Origin: Chamaesiphon sp.
GTDB taxonomy: Bacteria > Cyanobacteriota > Cyanobacteriia > Cyanobacteriales > Chamaesiphonaceae
Direction of reading: 5' to 3'
Length of the DNA stretch: 64,000 nt
Assembly: GCA_965246715.1 (NCBI GenBank)
Contig: CBDFFH010000015.1
Location: 96,001 to 160,000 of the forward strand
Both the position numbers and the translations under genes were made by a program. How positions within the stretch are numbered: position 1 is the first letter of the stretch; every line of letters starts with the position of its first letter. Below the pieces are notes generated by a model. The model ran no database searches. It was given only the letters and a program-made list of their open reading frames with translations, and was not told where the DNA came from. Below are positions 21,939 to 32,164 of the stretch, piece after piece.

Positions 21939-23294
21939 ATGCAGATTGTCGATCGAAAGAATACTCATTTATTACATAGAGTATTCATCATGCGGAACAA
22001 ATACCGCCAAATTATCCTAGCAACTTCGCTAGCAATTTGGTGTGTTATTCCCATCTTAGGTATTGTATTTCTGCTAATTTACTCCCAAATAAATCTGTCT
22101 AGTAATTTAGCCGAACAGAAAAAGAAATCTTTTATCAACTTTATCCCAATCTTGTTGGTGGTATTTACAATTGGTACGTATATAGCGACATTTAAGTCTT
22201 TTAACGATACCGACGTGTATATTGGAGTGTACGAATCTCTTGGCAGAGAATCGCCATTTACTTTTCCAGTTATCGATATGGAACCAGGTGCATTTATCCT
22301 GCCCAAGTATATCAGCCTGATGACAGGAGGCAATTCGCTGATTTTTTTGCTGTTTCAATCCTTGACGATGAATATTGCTTTCACTGTTTATGCAGTAATA
22401 TTCATACCTGAGTTTTATCCCTTAATAATATTGATTAATGTTATGAGTCAGGGGTATTACTTTCAATTGTTTTGGATGCGGCAATTATATTCTTTAATTT
22501 TTATTATCCCAGCTATATATACTAATATTTTTGCAGTGAGATGGTTCTTAGTGTCACTGGGATTTTTCACACATGCAGCTTCATTAATTTATGCATTCAC
22601 ATTTAGTATTGTATCGATTAAAGATATTATTGCCAGCTTTCTTGATACAATTCGTAGTAAATTAAATATTCGAAATAAGATCGATAATCATAAGTTTTTG
22701 ATATTGAGTTTGTCATTAGTTATTATCATAGTATTTGGCCCTCTATTGCAGTTTTTACTTCAGAGTATGGGGTTTTTATCATTGCTCACTGGTGATAGTG
22801 TTACCGATCGAGTATCGACATATAGTACTGACGATACCAATATGGCAATTTTCTCACTTGCGAGTCAATTACGAACGATTTTAGACTATGTAACTATTTT
22901 CATATTTGCACTTGCCGCTGACTATAGTAAACAAAATCCTTTATTGACGAGGTGGCTGATCTTATTTGTAACAGTATTTGGATTGTATCTTGGTTCATTT
23001 ATCTCTGGTTTTAACTTGAGAGTTGCTAGTGTATTTTTCTGTTTACCAGGTTTTTTCTATACAATCCCATTACTATCGGGCAAATTTGACAGCGAAGAAA
23101 ATAGTAATAGTCGATCGAATATATATGTTTATATATTATGTGGTTCGATTACAATTAGAATACTATATTTTTTCAATAATTTAATTAGTTCGTATGAAAC
23201 GGAGAATTACCTTACTTTTTGGGGCGGACAAACATTGACAACGCCAATTACTGGATACTTTGAGTTTATCTATAAATGCTTAACTAGTATTTAA
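21939..23294 (+). CDS. Polytopic membrane protein, putative Wzy/EpsG-like polymerase
   Basis: About 10-11 TMs, DTDVY, MEPG, MRQ and FFTHAAS motifs typical of the EpsG family; cluster context. Confidence 0.7.
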   Translation: MQIVDRKNTHLLHRVFIMRNKYRQIILATSLAIWCVIPILGIVFLLIYSQINLSSNLAEQKKKSFINFIPILLVVFTIGTYIATFKSFNDTDVYIGVYESLGRESPFTFPVIDMEPGAFILPKYISLMTGGNSLIFLLFQSLTMNIAFTVYAVIFIPEFYPLIILINVMSQGYYFQLFWMRQLYSLIFIIPAIYTNIFAVRWFLVSLGFFTHAASLIYAFTFSIVSIKDIIASFLDTIRSKLNIRNKIDNHKFLILSLSLVIIIVFGPLLQFLLQSMGFLSLLTGDSVTDRVSTYSTDDTNMAIFSLASQLRTILDYVTIFIFALAADYSKQNPLLTRWLILFVTVFGLYLGSFISGFNLRVASVFFCLPGFFYTIPLLSGKFDSEENSNSRSNIYVYILCGSITIRILYFFNNLISSYETENYLTFWGGQTLTTPITGYFEFIYKCLTSI

Positions 23295-23382
23295 ACGAAA
23301 AAACTTAAATCAACATTAAAAATTAGCTTTCATTTCGAGTTAATACTTTAGAATTCAACCTATTTAACTTACTATATCTGCT

Positions 23383-24150
23383 ATGAATATCGCAATTTCG
23401 ATAGTTACTATTACAAAAAATCATTGTCAAGGTTTAACTCAAACTTTGACATCAGTAAACGAGCAAGATTATCAACAGATCGAGCATATTATCATTGATG
23501 GTGACTCTACAGATGGCAGTAAAGAATTATTAGCATTTTATAATCATTCTAAAGTATATATTTATTTCTCTGAACCAGATCGTGGTATATCTAGTGCTTT
23601 TAATAAAGGAATAGAAAAAAGTAGTGGCGAGCTAATATTTTTCTTGAATTCTGGAGATGTATTAACTTCGCATACGGTTATTTCCGAAGTTTGCGAAAGC
23701 TATCGATTACACAGATGGAAATGTGCTGTCGGCACCACTATTACGACAAACTTCAAAGAGGAACCTGTTTATTATCATCCACCACAGCTTTCCTCAAAAT
23801 TCTTAAAATATTTTATGTTTTTGCCGCATCAAGGATTCTTTTGTGAGACATCAATGCATAAAGAATATCAATATGATGAATCTATCAAAACCTCAATGGA
23901 TTATGAATTATTTTTGAGAATGTTGAAAAATGTCGAAATTTTCTACCTACCGATCGCGATTTCTAACCGAGAAGCTGGGGGGATTTCTAGTCAAGATCGG
24001 AAGCGGATTTTGGAACAGTCAAAAATTAGACTCCAACATGCTAATTATCTTCATGAAAAAGTTATTATCAACATTCTTAATCTGCTGATATCGGTTAAGA
24101 GTAATCTCAAAATTTCTTCGCCTTTCGCAGCTAAAATCCATAACAACTAA
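23383..24150 (+). CDS. Glycosyltransferase family 2 (WcaE/PGL-like)
   Basis: ISIVTIT, IIIDGDSTDGS, SEPDRGISSAFNKG, FLNSGD, PHQG, MDYE. Confidence 0.92.
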   Translation: MNIAISIVTITKNHCQGLTQTLTSVNEQDYQQIEHIIIDGDSTDGSKELLAFYNHSKVYIYFSEPDRGISSAFNKGIEKSSGELIFFLNSGDVLTSHTVISEVCESYRLHRWKCAVGTTITTNFKEEPVYYHPPQLSSKFLKYFMFLPHQGFFCETSMHKEYQYDESIKTSMDYELFLRMLKNVEIFYLPIAISNREAGGISSQDRKRILEQSKIRLQHANYLHEKVIINILNLLISVKSNLKISSPFAAKIHNN

Positions 24151-24188
24151 GTAGCTAACAGAAGAGCCACCCTTGCTTAGTAAATTTT

Positions 24189-25322
24189 ATGAAAATAAAG
24201 CGTCGTAATTTTTTCAGTTTAATTGCTACGTCTGCACTAGCCATTTTTGGTTCGACTTGGCTGAGTATGGCACAGAAAAAATATTTAACGCTTGCACGTA
24301 AGCGGAGCTTACCATTTTTCATCGGGTGGTATGAATTTATCGAAAATTCTGCTGGGCCATCTCAAGTAGCAGGCAAGGGAATCAATCTTGTCATACCTTA
24401 TATCGAAGGCTCAAAGCTGGAAAAAATACAAGTTTTTCTAGATGCTGCCAAAGCTGCACGGATTAAAGTGCTACTTGAAGTCCATCGTCCGCTGGTCGAA
24501 TCTGAAAATCTTACTGGAACGAAAGAGTTTATTCGTACTTATAAAAATCACCCAGCCGTGTATGGTTGGTATCTGTATGATGAGCCAGAGATTAAGAATC
24601 CGACACCGCTTACTCCAGAATTACTTACAGCAGTCTATCAGGCGATTAAGGAAGAGGATAAGTCGAAACCAGTTGCGATCGTATTTTCTGATATTAATAA
24701 AATTGAATATTATAATAATGCAATGGATATTATCATGTGGGACGTATATCCTTGTAACGATAACGTTCCAGAATTTCAGTGGGTGTCATCTTATCGGGAG
24801 TCATTAAATCGAGTTATTAACATTGCTGATGCCAAACAGAAAAAGTTTTGGAACGTTCTTCAAGCATATAGCGGTCATGGTCTTAAAAAACGACCACCAA
24901 CTAAAGCCGAATTTCGCTATATGTTTTATTACTCAATTTTTTCGGGTAGTGATGGATTATTATTTTGGATGCATCCCTGGTCTACCCCGGCCTGGAATAA
25001 ATCAGTTTTATACCCTACTATTAATGAATTTCAACCTTATATTGCAGCAATTATCAATGGACATAAATCGCAAAATATAGCGCCAGTAAATTACACAAAT
25101 ACTGTAGAAGTTAAACTATTTCCGCTACCAAACAGTCGGAAGATTTTAGTAGTTGCGATCAATCACGATCGGTCGCCAGTTAGCATGATGGTGAAACTCG
25201 ATCGAGCGTTAGCTGGCAGATCGGTTGCAACAAACAAAAAAAGGATCGATCGGATATCGTCTCAGTCAAATTTAAAAGTTGTCTTGAGTTCTTATGAAGT
25301 AAGAATGTATGAAATTGGCTGA
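24189..25322 (+). CDS. Tat-signal exported protein, glycoside-hydrolase-like (clan A TIM barrel?)
   Basis: KRRNFF twin-Arg signal; HPAVYGWYLYDEPE, DIIMWDVYP, WNVLQAY, GLLFW. Confidence 0.65.
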   Translation: MKIKRRNFFSLIATSALAIFGSTWLSMAQKKYLTLARKRSLPFFIGWYEFIENSAGPSQVAGKGINLVIPYIEGSKLEKIQVFLDAAKAARIKVLLEVHRPLVESENLTGTKEFIRTYKNHPAVYGWYLYDEPEIKNPTPLTPELLTAVYQAIKEEDKSKPVAIVFSDINKIEYYNNAMDIIMWDVYPCNDNVPEFQWVSSYRESLNRVINIADAKQKKFWNVLQAYSGHGLKKRPPTKAEFRYMFYYSIFSGSDGLLFWMHPWSTPAWNKSVLYPTINEFQPYIAAIINGHKSQNIAPVNYTNTVEVKLFPLPNSRKILVVAINHDRSPVSMMVKLDRALAGRSVATNKKRIDRISSQSNLKVVLSSYEVRMYEIG

Positions 25323-25457
25323 TACAAGTTCCACGATCTAGGTAACTTGTATTTAACAACATCCGATCGCGAATTAATTTTACTGTATTAATAGTAGAGT
25401 TGACTGGTAATAGTTCGACCGCTATAATATTTATTTTTACGATCCACCTTGTCTGAG

Positions 25458-26675
25458 TTACACTATTTCAAATAGATCTTCAAAGCGTTTTACAGCACAT
25501 TCACTAGTGTATTTAGTTTGATATGCATTAAAGGATTTATGACCCATTTCTTGAGTGAGATGACGGTCTTTGTATAAATCCAAGATTGAATTTACCAAAC
25601 CATCAACGTCGCCGGGAGCGACAACTAATCCGCACTGCTCTTCCTTCACAACTAAAGCAATTTCCGAATCAACTGGCACTTGTGCGATTGTCGCTCTCCC
25701 AGAAGCAAGAATTCCATAAAGTTTAGATGGTACGGCAATACCCGAAAGACCCGCTCGCAGGGTAATTAAAGAAACATGGCAACAGGCTAAGCTATCTTCA
25801 AGTTCTTCTTTGGGAACAAAGTCTTTCCAAATAATATTGCTCACATGCCCTTGTTGTGCAAGTTCAACTGCCTCTTGCTTACGCTTACCACCACCAATGA
25901 ATAAAAATTGGATGTCTGGATAAATCTCTAGTTTCTTAGCAGCAAATACAAAAGAGTTAAGATCGTGCCACAACCCCATATTACCTGAGTATTGAATGAT
26001 AAATTTATCCTGGATTGGTAGGGAAGCGTATAAATTACTTGCTAGAATACTTTTGGGTTCGATTGTAGCAGTTGAACTCCAATGCGGAATATAAACAAAC
26101 TTGCGCTTAGGAATAGAATAACTATTTTCGAGCAAAGGTATCATATCCCTACCCAAAACTGGGAGTAAATCTGCTCTTGAATAACTAATATTATTTAAAA
26201 AATGCCAGATCTTGAAAACTATAGATGAGGTATTTATTTTTCCAAGCGCCACCAATCCTTCCGGATAGATGTCTTGGAACATATAATGATACTTTGTCCT
26301 TCGAATCGAGCTAACTAGCCAAAGGATAATGCACAAGAATGGTGGATTAGTAACCCCAAATACGATCGAGTCTCTACTGGTAAACATTAATTTTATCCCA
26401 GCATGAAGTAGAAAAGAAAAATAACAGATCGCTCTGAATAAGTAATTTCCCTTTGATGGTATATCTAGACCACAATGGGAGATTTTAATAGCCGATTTAT
26501 ATTCTACTCGTCTAGGAGACGTGTAATTATCATTCCTAGTTGTCGGAAATCCACAGATTACTTCGATCGATACATCTGGAGCAGATAATTGAGTAAATAA
26601 CTCTGTAAAAAGTTGACTAGTAGCAGTAGTATCAGGATAAAATACTTGGCAAACAAGAATGATTTTCTTTTTCAT
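25458..26675 (-). CDS. Glycosyltransferase family 4 (WbuB/WcaI-like)
   Basis: QVFYPD, TNPP, QDIYPE, YSGNMG, VPSKLYGILASG. Confidence 0.9.
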   Translation of the reverse strand: MKKKIILVCQVFYPDTTATSQLFTELFTQLSAPDVSIEVICGFPTTRNDNYTSPRRVEYKSAIKISHCGLDIPSKGNYLFRAICYFSFLLHAGIKLMFTSRDSIVFGVTNPPFLCIILWLVSSIRRTKYHYMFQDIYPEGLVALGKINTSSIVFKIWHFLNNISYSRADLLPVLGRDMIPLLENSYSIPKRKFVYIPHWSSTATIEPKSILASNLYASLPIQDKFIIQYSGNMGLWHDLNSFVFAAKKLEIYPDIQFLFIGGGKRKQEAVELAQQGHVSNIIWKDFVPKEELEDSLACCHVSLITLRAGLSGIAVPSKLYGILASGRATIAQVPVDSEIALVVKEEQCGLVVAPGDVDGLVNSILDLYKDRHLTQEMGHKSFNAYQTKYTSECAVKRFEDLFEIV

Positions 26676-26764
26676 ATATATGAGGAGGATAATCGAGTGT
26701 TAAGATAAATATTTAGACACTAATTGAAAGATGATGAGCTTCAACTAGATCGATAAATTACATC

Positions 26765-27814
26765 TTAAATAATTAATTTGCTTAGTTTATTATGTAAATA
26801 GGACGCAGAATTGTTTTTATTAAAATAATCGATCGAATCCCAACAACATTCTTCATATTCATCAGGAGTCATCGAAACTAGCTGCTGAATACATGCTAAG
26901 ATTTTATTTCGATCGTTAAAGTCAACCATGAGCACAGATTTTAAATCCTTAAGATGATTGAATGCTGCAATGTTATTGACTACAACAACTTTTCCATAAC
27001 TTAATGCTTCGATAACTACACCACTTTGAGTAGAAAATCGATAGGGGATAACAATAACATGAGTCAAAGATAGTAATAGCTTTTTGGCAGAGTTGGTAAT
27101 ATAGCCAGGGAAGTGAACGATCCGTTCTTTGCTATAGTCTAGTTCTATATCTTTATCCCAACCAGCTCGAATAAACTGCATTCGCTCTGGATACTTTGTA
27201 TTAGCAATATTCGCTAAATCTAAAAATCCTTCAATGTTCTTATCTCGAGCGCCAATACCAAATGAAGAAATCGTCTTTGTCTTGTCCCATGATTGTTTGA
27301 GCTGACTTATATTTTTTGCTAACAGATCGCGATCGTTGCTTGGAAATGTTAAGTTTATTCTGACAATCTTATCTTTCCTGATAAATTCTTCACCCTTCTT
27401 TGCCGCTTGTTCGCTAGATAAAATAATTCGGTCGCTCAAGCGAGATAAGATCGAATTAATCCAGTAGACTAAAAGTGACATTTTTAGCGTCGCTCTGCCT
27501 TTTTCATATTTAGGCTCATGCATCTGATGATAGACTTTAAGATCTCTACGGAGAATAAAACTCCAGCATCGGAGAGTAGCGATCGTTAAAATATATTCAG
27601 GTTGCGTAGAAAATAAAAATACTGACAGCCTGTCGCTCGCTGCTAACTTACCGATCTTCTGGATTAGATAGAAACATGTTATTAGATCTAGACAGCTTAA
27701 TCGCTCTATTTTTGTATCTGCTCGCGCTAACTCAACTTTTAGACCCGTCTCAAATGTATCCGGAGAATGTTTTAGGTTTGGATTTCTAGGATTTACTAAA
27801 TATATATAGTTCAT
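26765..27814 (-). CDS. Divergent GT-B fold glycosyltransferase
   Basis: MHEP, FG...KNIE, IPYRFSTQSGVVIEALSYGK. Confidence 0.75.
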   Translation of the reverse strand: MNYIYLVNPRNPNLKHSPDTFETGLKVELARADTKIERLSCLDLITCFYLIQKIGKLAASDRLSVFLFSTQPEYILTIATLRCWSFILRRDLKVYHQMHEPKYEKGRATLKMSLLVYWINSILSRLSDRIILSSEQAAKKGEEFIRKDKIVRINLTFPSNDRDLLAKNISQLKQSWDKTKTISSFGIGARDKNIEGFLDLANIANTKYPERMQFIRAGWDKDIELDYSKERIVHFPGYITNSAKKLLLSLTHVIVIPYRFSTQSGVVIEALSYGKVVVVNNIAAFNHLKDLKSVLMVDFNDRNKILACIQQLVSMTPDEYEECCWDSIDYFNKNNSASYLHNKLSKLII

Positions 27815-28184
27815 ACTCTATCATTCGAGTTAAGTTCAGACATTGTAAGTAATGAAAATTTAAAGTATTTGTAAATTGGTTAATACTCTTCAAGTTTCTC
27901 ATGTGGAAAGCGAGAAGACTAGTAGAATTTAGAATACGATTAACACTTTATAATATTTGTGAATAAGTTACTACCGGCTAAACAGCTAAAAAGTGGCGAT
28001 TATTTTCTCGATCGATCGATTGATGCTACTCCAGACTATAGTTCCCATTGTCTCAATGAAATTAACACAATACAACATCTATCGTTAAGATTTTAAGGTG
28101 CCAGTGCTTCGATCTAGACTGATGGTAGTAGTGGTGACTGCGGCGATCGTGGCATAATGCGATCGAGCCAATCTCTTCAAAACT

Positions 28185-28976
28185 ATGGATATTTTTCCCG
28201 CGATCGATCTACTAGATGGTAAGTGCGTCCGATTATATCAAGGCGATTACGAGCGGTCGCAGGTATTTAACGACAATCCTGCTGCGATGGCGCAGGATTG
28301 GCTCGAACAGGGTGCCACCAAGTTACATTTAGTCGATCTCGATGGCGCAAAAGCCGGGCAGCCTGTAAATTTAGACGCGATCGCCAGGATCGTGGAAATG
28401 GTTAAAAAAACTGCCGATAAACCGGTACAAATTCAGGTTGGTGGCGGGCTGCGAACTGAAGCGAGCGTTCGGCAACTATTGACAATGGGAGTCGATCGGG
28501 TGATTTTGGGGACGATTGCTGTAGAGCAACCTCAATTAGTTAAAGATTTATGCCAACTCTACCCCCAACAAATTGTTGTGGGCATCGATGCGCGGGATGG
28601 AAAGGTGGCAACTAAAGGTTGGGTGGAAACTTCGACCGTAATGGCGACAGATTTAGCCAAACAGATGGCTAATGATGGTGCGGCGGCAATTATTTACACG
28701 GATATCCACCGCGATGGCACCCTGAGCGGGCCAAATTTGGTGGCATTACGTGAGTTAGCAAATAGTATCGAGATCCCCGTCGTTGCCTCTGGTGGAGTCA
28801 GTTCGTTGCGGGATTTACTCGATCTATTAGCACTCGAACCGATCGGCGTGACTGGCGCGATTGTCGGTCGCGCCATCTATACTGGCGAAGTTAACCTTTC
28901 TGAAGCCATTCGTGCCGTTGGTAACGGTCGCTGGCAAGATGTTCCGCCAGATTTGGGTACGTCTAGTTTTGCTTAG
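28185..28976 (+). CDS. hisA: ProFAR isomerase
   Basis: [47 protein letters not shown]. Confidence 0.97.
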   Translation: MDIFPAIDLLDGKCVRLYQGDYERSQVFNDNPAAMAQDWLEQGATKLHLVDLDGAKAGQPVNLDAIARIVEMVKKTADKPVQIQVGGGLRTEASVRQLLTMGVDRVILGTIAVEQPQLVKDLCQLYPQQIVVGIDARDGKVATKGWVETSTVMATDLAKQMANDGAAAIIYTDIHRDGTLSGPNLVALRELANSIEIPVVASGGVSSLRDLLDLLALEPIGVTGAIVGRAIYTGEVNLSEAIRAVGNGRWQDVPPDLGTSSFA

Positions 28977-29952
28977 AGTTGGAGATAACGCGGTGAAGTA
29001 AGACTACTAGTTCGGTAACTTGCTGACGATTGAAGTTTTGCAAGATCGCTTGAGCGGCACCGCGCACGTCTATCGGAATGGTAATTTGGGCGGGAGTTGC
29101 AGCGACTGGTGCAACGATAGGAGCCGCAGCAGTTGCTGCTTGCTGGAGATTGGCTGAGACGGTAATCTCGCGATCGCGATTGGCGGCCAGGAGATCGCCA
29201 GCTTGTTTCAACTCGCGAATCACTAGGGGCGCGATCGCATTGTAAGTGTTATTGGGGTTAGAGATCGCTCGATCGGTTGCGGCAACTAATGTTTGCCAGT
29301 TGTGAGCATTCGCTTCTACTGCTACGAGCGATTGACAGATCCCGCCCAATTGTTGGCGGGTAGCTGGACTATCCCCTTGCTTGAACTGCACCAACATTTT
29401 TTGGAGTGTTGCAGTAACGGTTGCGACGATATCGATTGGTGGAGCCATCACCGCAGTACCACCGCCGACAGCCTTGGCTGCTACTGGTACGGGAGCTTCT
29501 TTAGTATGGTCTTGGGTCTGAGTATTGGTATTGAGTAATTCCTCGAGATATTCTTGTAAGGCGACAAAATTAGCGGCCGAACCCGATAGCACGGTATCGA
29601 CAACTTCCGGACGCAGGCTCATTGTCGGTGAATTTGCTAGTTCTTCAACCAATGCCTTGAGCGCGTCGTAACCGCCGAGAAATAACGTTTCTAATTTGGC
29701 ATCGATCGGCACGGGATGATCGCGTAAAATCTTAAAGCAATCTTCTAGTTTATGCGCTGTGGCTTGGATGCCCTCAAATCCGAGCATTGCCGCACCACCT
29801 TTGATGGAGTGAGCAGCACGAAACATTTCATTAACACGCTCAGCGTCGGCGATAACTTCCGCTAGGTCTAATAAACCTTGTTCTACTGTCTCTAGATGTT
29901 CCTGAGCTTCTTCGATGAAGTAGTGAATGATCTGCTGCTTGTTATCGTCCAT
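28963..29952 (-). CDS. Stand-alone CheA-type Hpt (P1) domain protein
   Basis: [33 protein letters not shown]; no kinase or CheW domain; 14-bp convergent overlap with hisA. Confidence 0.85.
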   Translation of the reverse strand: MDDNKQQIIHYFIEEAQEHLETVEQGLLDLAEVIADAERVNEMFRAAHSIKGGAAMLGFEGIQATAHKLEDCFKILRDHPVPIDAKLETLFLGGYDALKALVEELANSPTMSLRPEVVDTVLSGSAANFVALQEYLEELLNTNTQTQDHTKEAPVPVAAKAVGGGTAVMAPPIDIVATVTATLQKMLVQFKQGDSPATRQQLGGICQSLVAVEANAHNWQTLVAATDRAISNPNNTYNAIAPLVIRELKQAGDLLAANRDREITVSANLQQAATAAAPIVAPVAATPAQITIPIDVRGAAQAILQNFNRQQVTELVVLLHRVISNSKQN

Positions 29953-30840
29953 TTTCCTGTTCCTAAACAGATATTTTTATATCTCAACTCAAGAAAAAGT
30001 TTAAACCGATTTTCTAATTAGTTATCGATTCTTACCTGAGCCGAGTTAGTTAAATCTTGATTTCGCCCGCAGCACTCAAGCCTTGCGTCGGAAGACGAAG
30101 TAACGCTACGGGCAGTTCTCATATATATCGCAATCTTAATAGATATATTATGTTGACAAAATAACGAATGACGCGCTACTACATATTAAATGAGCAAACT
30201 GCATCGATCTTATCTTACCCGCATTCGCCGATATAGATATCAATCAGTAAATCTACGCAAGAGCGATATCGCTCGCTTGTAGACCTTCCCAAGTATCGAT
30301 TTCTACGTCCATATTTCCGCCTTTATCTATATGAAAAATATGCTATAAAAATGCTCGATCGACTATTACCAGTCATTAATAACCATTAAAAGTTAGCTTT
30401 GAATCGGTAGCAGATCGCTTCCACGAGCGTTCATCGCGCAATCTTCATAGTTAAGCACTACCAGTAGCGATACTACCTTGGCGGATTGAGATTAGCACAA
30501 AGCTCGATCGTCTAAACTAGAAGTTAGATTTGAGTCCTTTGGGAGATCTCGATCGCACTGAGATACGATTATAATTCCCACAAATTCTCAAAAACGATCG
30601 TATCTCGAACGGGTAACCAGCCATGCGATTTACGACTTGAGAGATTCTGGTATCGTAACACTCGATATCTTCCCGAACATCCGGTTTGCAAGCCCGAGGA
30701 AATGCAACCTCAACTATACCCGACGATTCGATCGGCACCGCTCGATCGAGGAAGGGTAAAGTATAATGCTTAGCATAGACGTAAAGATCGCGACTATCTC
30801 TACTCATCCTGCACGGGAATCTCTTCCTATGCGCTCTGAC

Positions 30841-31347
30841 ATGAATTTTGCCTTTCAGTATCCCATTTTCGGCCCAGAGATTCAGTGTCCTCATTGTCGG
30901 CAAATTATTCCCGCACTCACACTGACAGATACTTATTTATGCTCTCGACATGGGGCTTTTGAAGCCGACCCGCAAACTGGCGAACTGGTGCATCTGCAAT
31001 CCAGCCGAAATTGGTGTCTGTGGAATGGTGAATGGTATCGTCAGCATACACATCCCGACGGGATTCGGTTTGAAATTCACGATGCGCTCGACAAGCTCTA
31101 TACTCAAGGCTATCGCGCAACTAAAGTAATTATCGCCGAACGTTATCGAGATCTGATCGGCAGTTATCTCGATCGGCATCACCCGTGGATGGGCAATCCC
31201 GATCGACCCACGCCTCGGCTATTTGGTTTACCTGTGGAGTTTAGTCCTCAACCTACCGACGAGCCTTGTTGGAAGGTGATTAATTTTGAGTTGGAGAAGG
31301 AGCCGGGGATTCCAGTGCAGTATCCTTATTTTCGGATGTCTCCTTAG
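30841..31347 (+). CDS. Conserved cyanobacterial zinc-ribbon protein (TIGR02652-like)
   Basis: QYPIFGPEIQCPHCRQIIPALTLTDTYLCSRHGAFEADP; likely start ATG at 30841. Confidence 0.8.
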   Translation: MNFAFQYPIFGPEIQCPHCRQIIPALTLTDTYLCSRHGAFEADPQTGELVHLQSSRNWCLWNGEWYRQHTHPDGIRFEIHDALDKLYTQGYRATKVIIAERYRDLIGSYLDRHHPWMGNPDRPTPRLFGLPVEFSPQPTDEPCWKVINFELEKEPGIPVQYPYFRMSP

Positions 31348-31488
31348 TGCTTAGACTTTAGGCATTAGGGCAAGACACGTTTTGCGGAGTAGAAGATCGG
31401 GACTTACCGCAGTAACATCCGCTAGCTATACTGTCCCTGAATCCGATCGAGCTGTGCTTCCACGCGGCACCATCAAAAGTTGCGATTT

Positions 31489-31631
31489 CAGCAATTCTCA
31501 TTATGGAAATTGTTCACCTATTTTCGATCGCAAGAATGGTTGTAAGCCCGATTCTGTCGTTGATGATTGTAGTGTTGAATGGCCGATAAACACTTAAAAA
31601 TAGTACAAAAGTTTTAAAATGAGAATTGCTG
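31489..31631. mobile_element. MITE-like element, 143 bp
   Basis: Perfect 14-bp TIR CAGCAATTCTCATT/AATGAGAATTGCTG, flanked by a near-perfect 9-bp direct repeat TTGCGATTT/TGGCGATTT. Confidence 0.8.
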
Positions 31632-31706
31632 TGGCGATTTCGAATCGGGCGATCTGGGGCGATAAAATGGTAGTCGATCGAGCGAAAATATCTTGTACCG
31701 ATACGA

Positions 31707-31965
31707 TTAACCCCCTTTTAGAACTCGATCGACCATCAAATTCATACTTTCCAAGACGTTTGACTCGATCTTAGTATCCCCCACCAATACCTTCTCTTCA
31801 CACAAACCCTCCACCCATTCCAACACCGTCACTTTTTGGGCGATTCTCCCTTGGAGAGGCTCCGCCAACGGATCGACACTCCAACATTCGGCCGCTGGAT
31901 GTATCCAAGATAATTCTAAACACTGATAAAGTAACATGATGATAGTCCTACGTGCGATCGCTACG
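31707..31965 (-). pseudogene. Degraded C-terminal fragment of a Uma2-family (DUF820) endonuclease gene
   Basis: ECWSVDP..IAQKVTVLEWVEGLCEEKV resembles the Uma2 EYWIVDP..KVTVLELVEGLYEE; no intact 5' part. Confidence 0.65.
31845..31868. mobile_element. 24-nt HIP1-inserted micro-element (SDR5-like)
   Basis: GCGAT|TCTCCCTTGGAGAGGCTCCGCCAA|CG; removing it restores GCGATCG and the peptide VDPIAQKV. Confidence 0.8.
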
Positions 31966-32164
31966 ATGGGGATCGACGCTCGAGATCGACATACCCTCAC
32001 ACAAATAAAGATTTTAGACAACGAGATTAAGACACTTTACGTTCTGTCACACCAGAGCGCCGATCCCATCCCCGCACCAGTTAATCTATAAGTATCGAAC
32101 GCGCTAGATGCAGCAATCCAACGCATTTTAGCCATGAAAATTTTGTGTATAGAATAAATAAATT

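Noticed and set aside
30065..30113. c-di-GMP-I riboswitch, suggested by GACGCAAGGC
   Set aside because: It lacks the conserved P1/P2 GNRA-receptor architecture; kept only as a generic hairpin.
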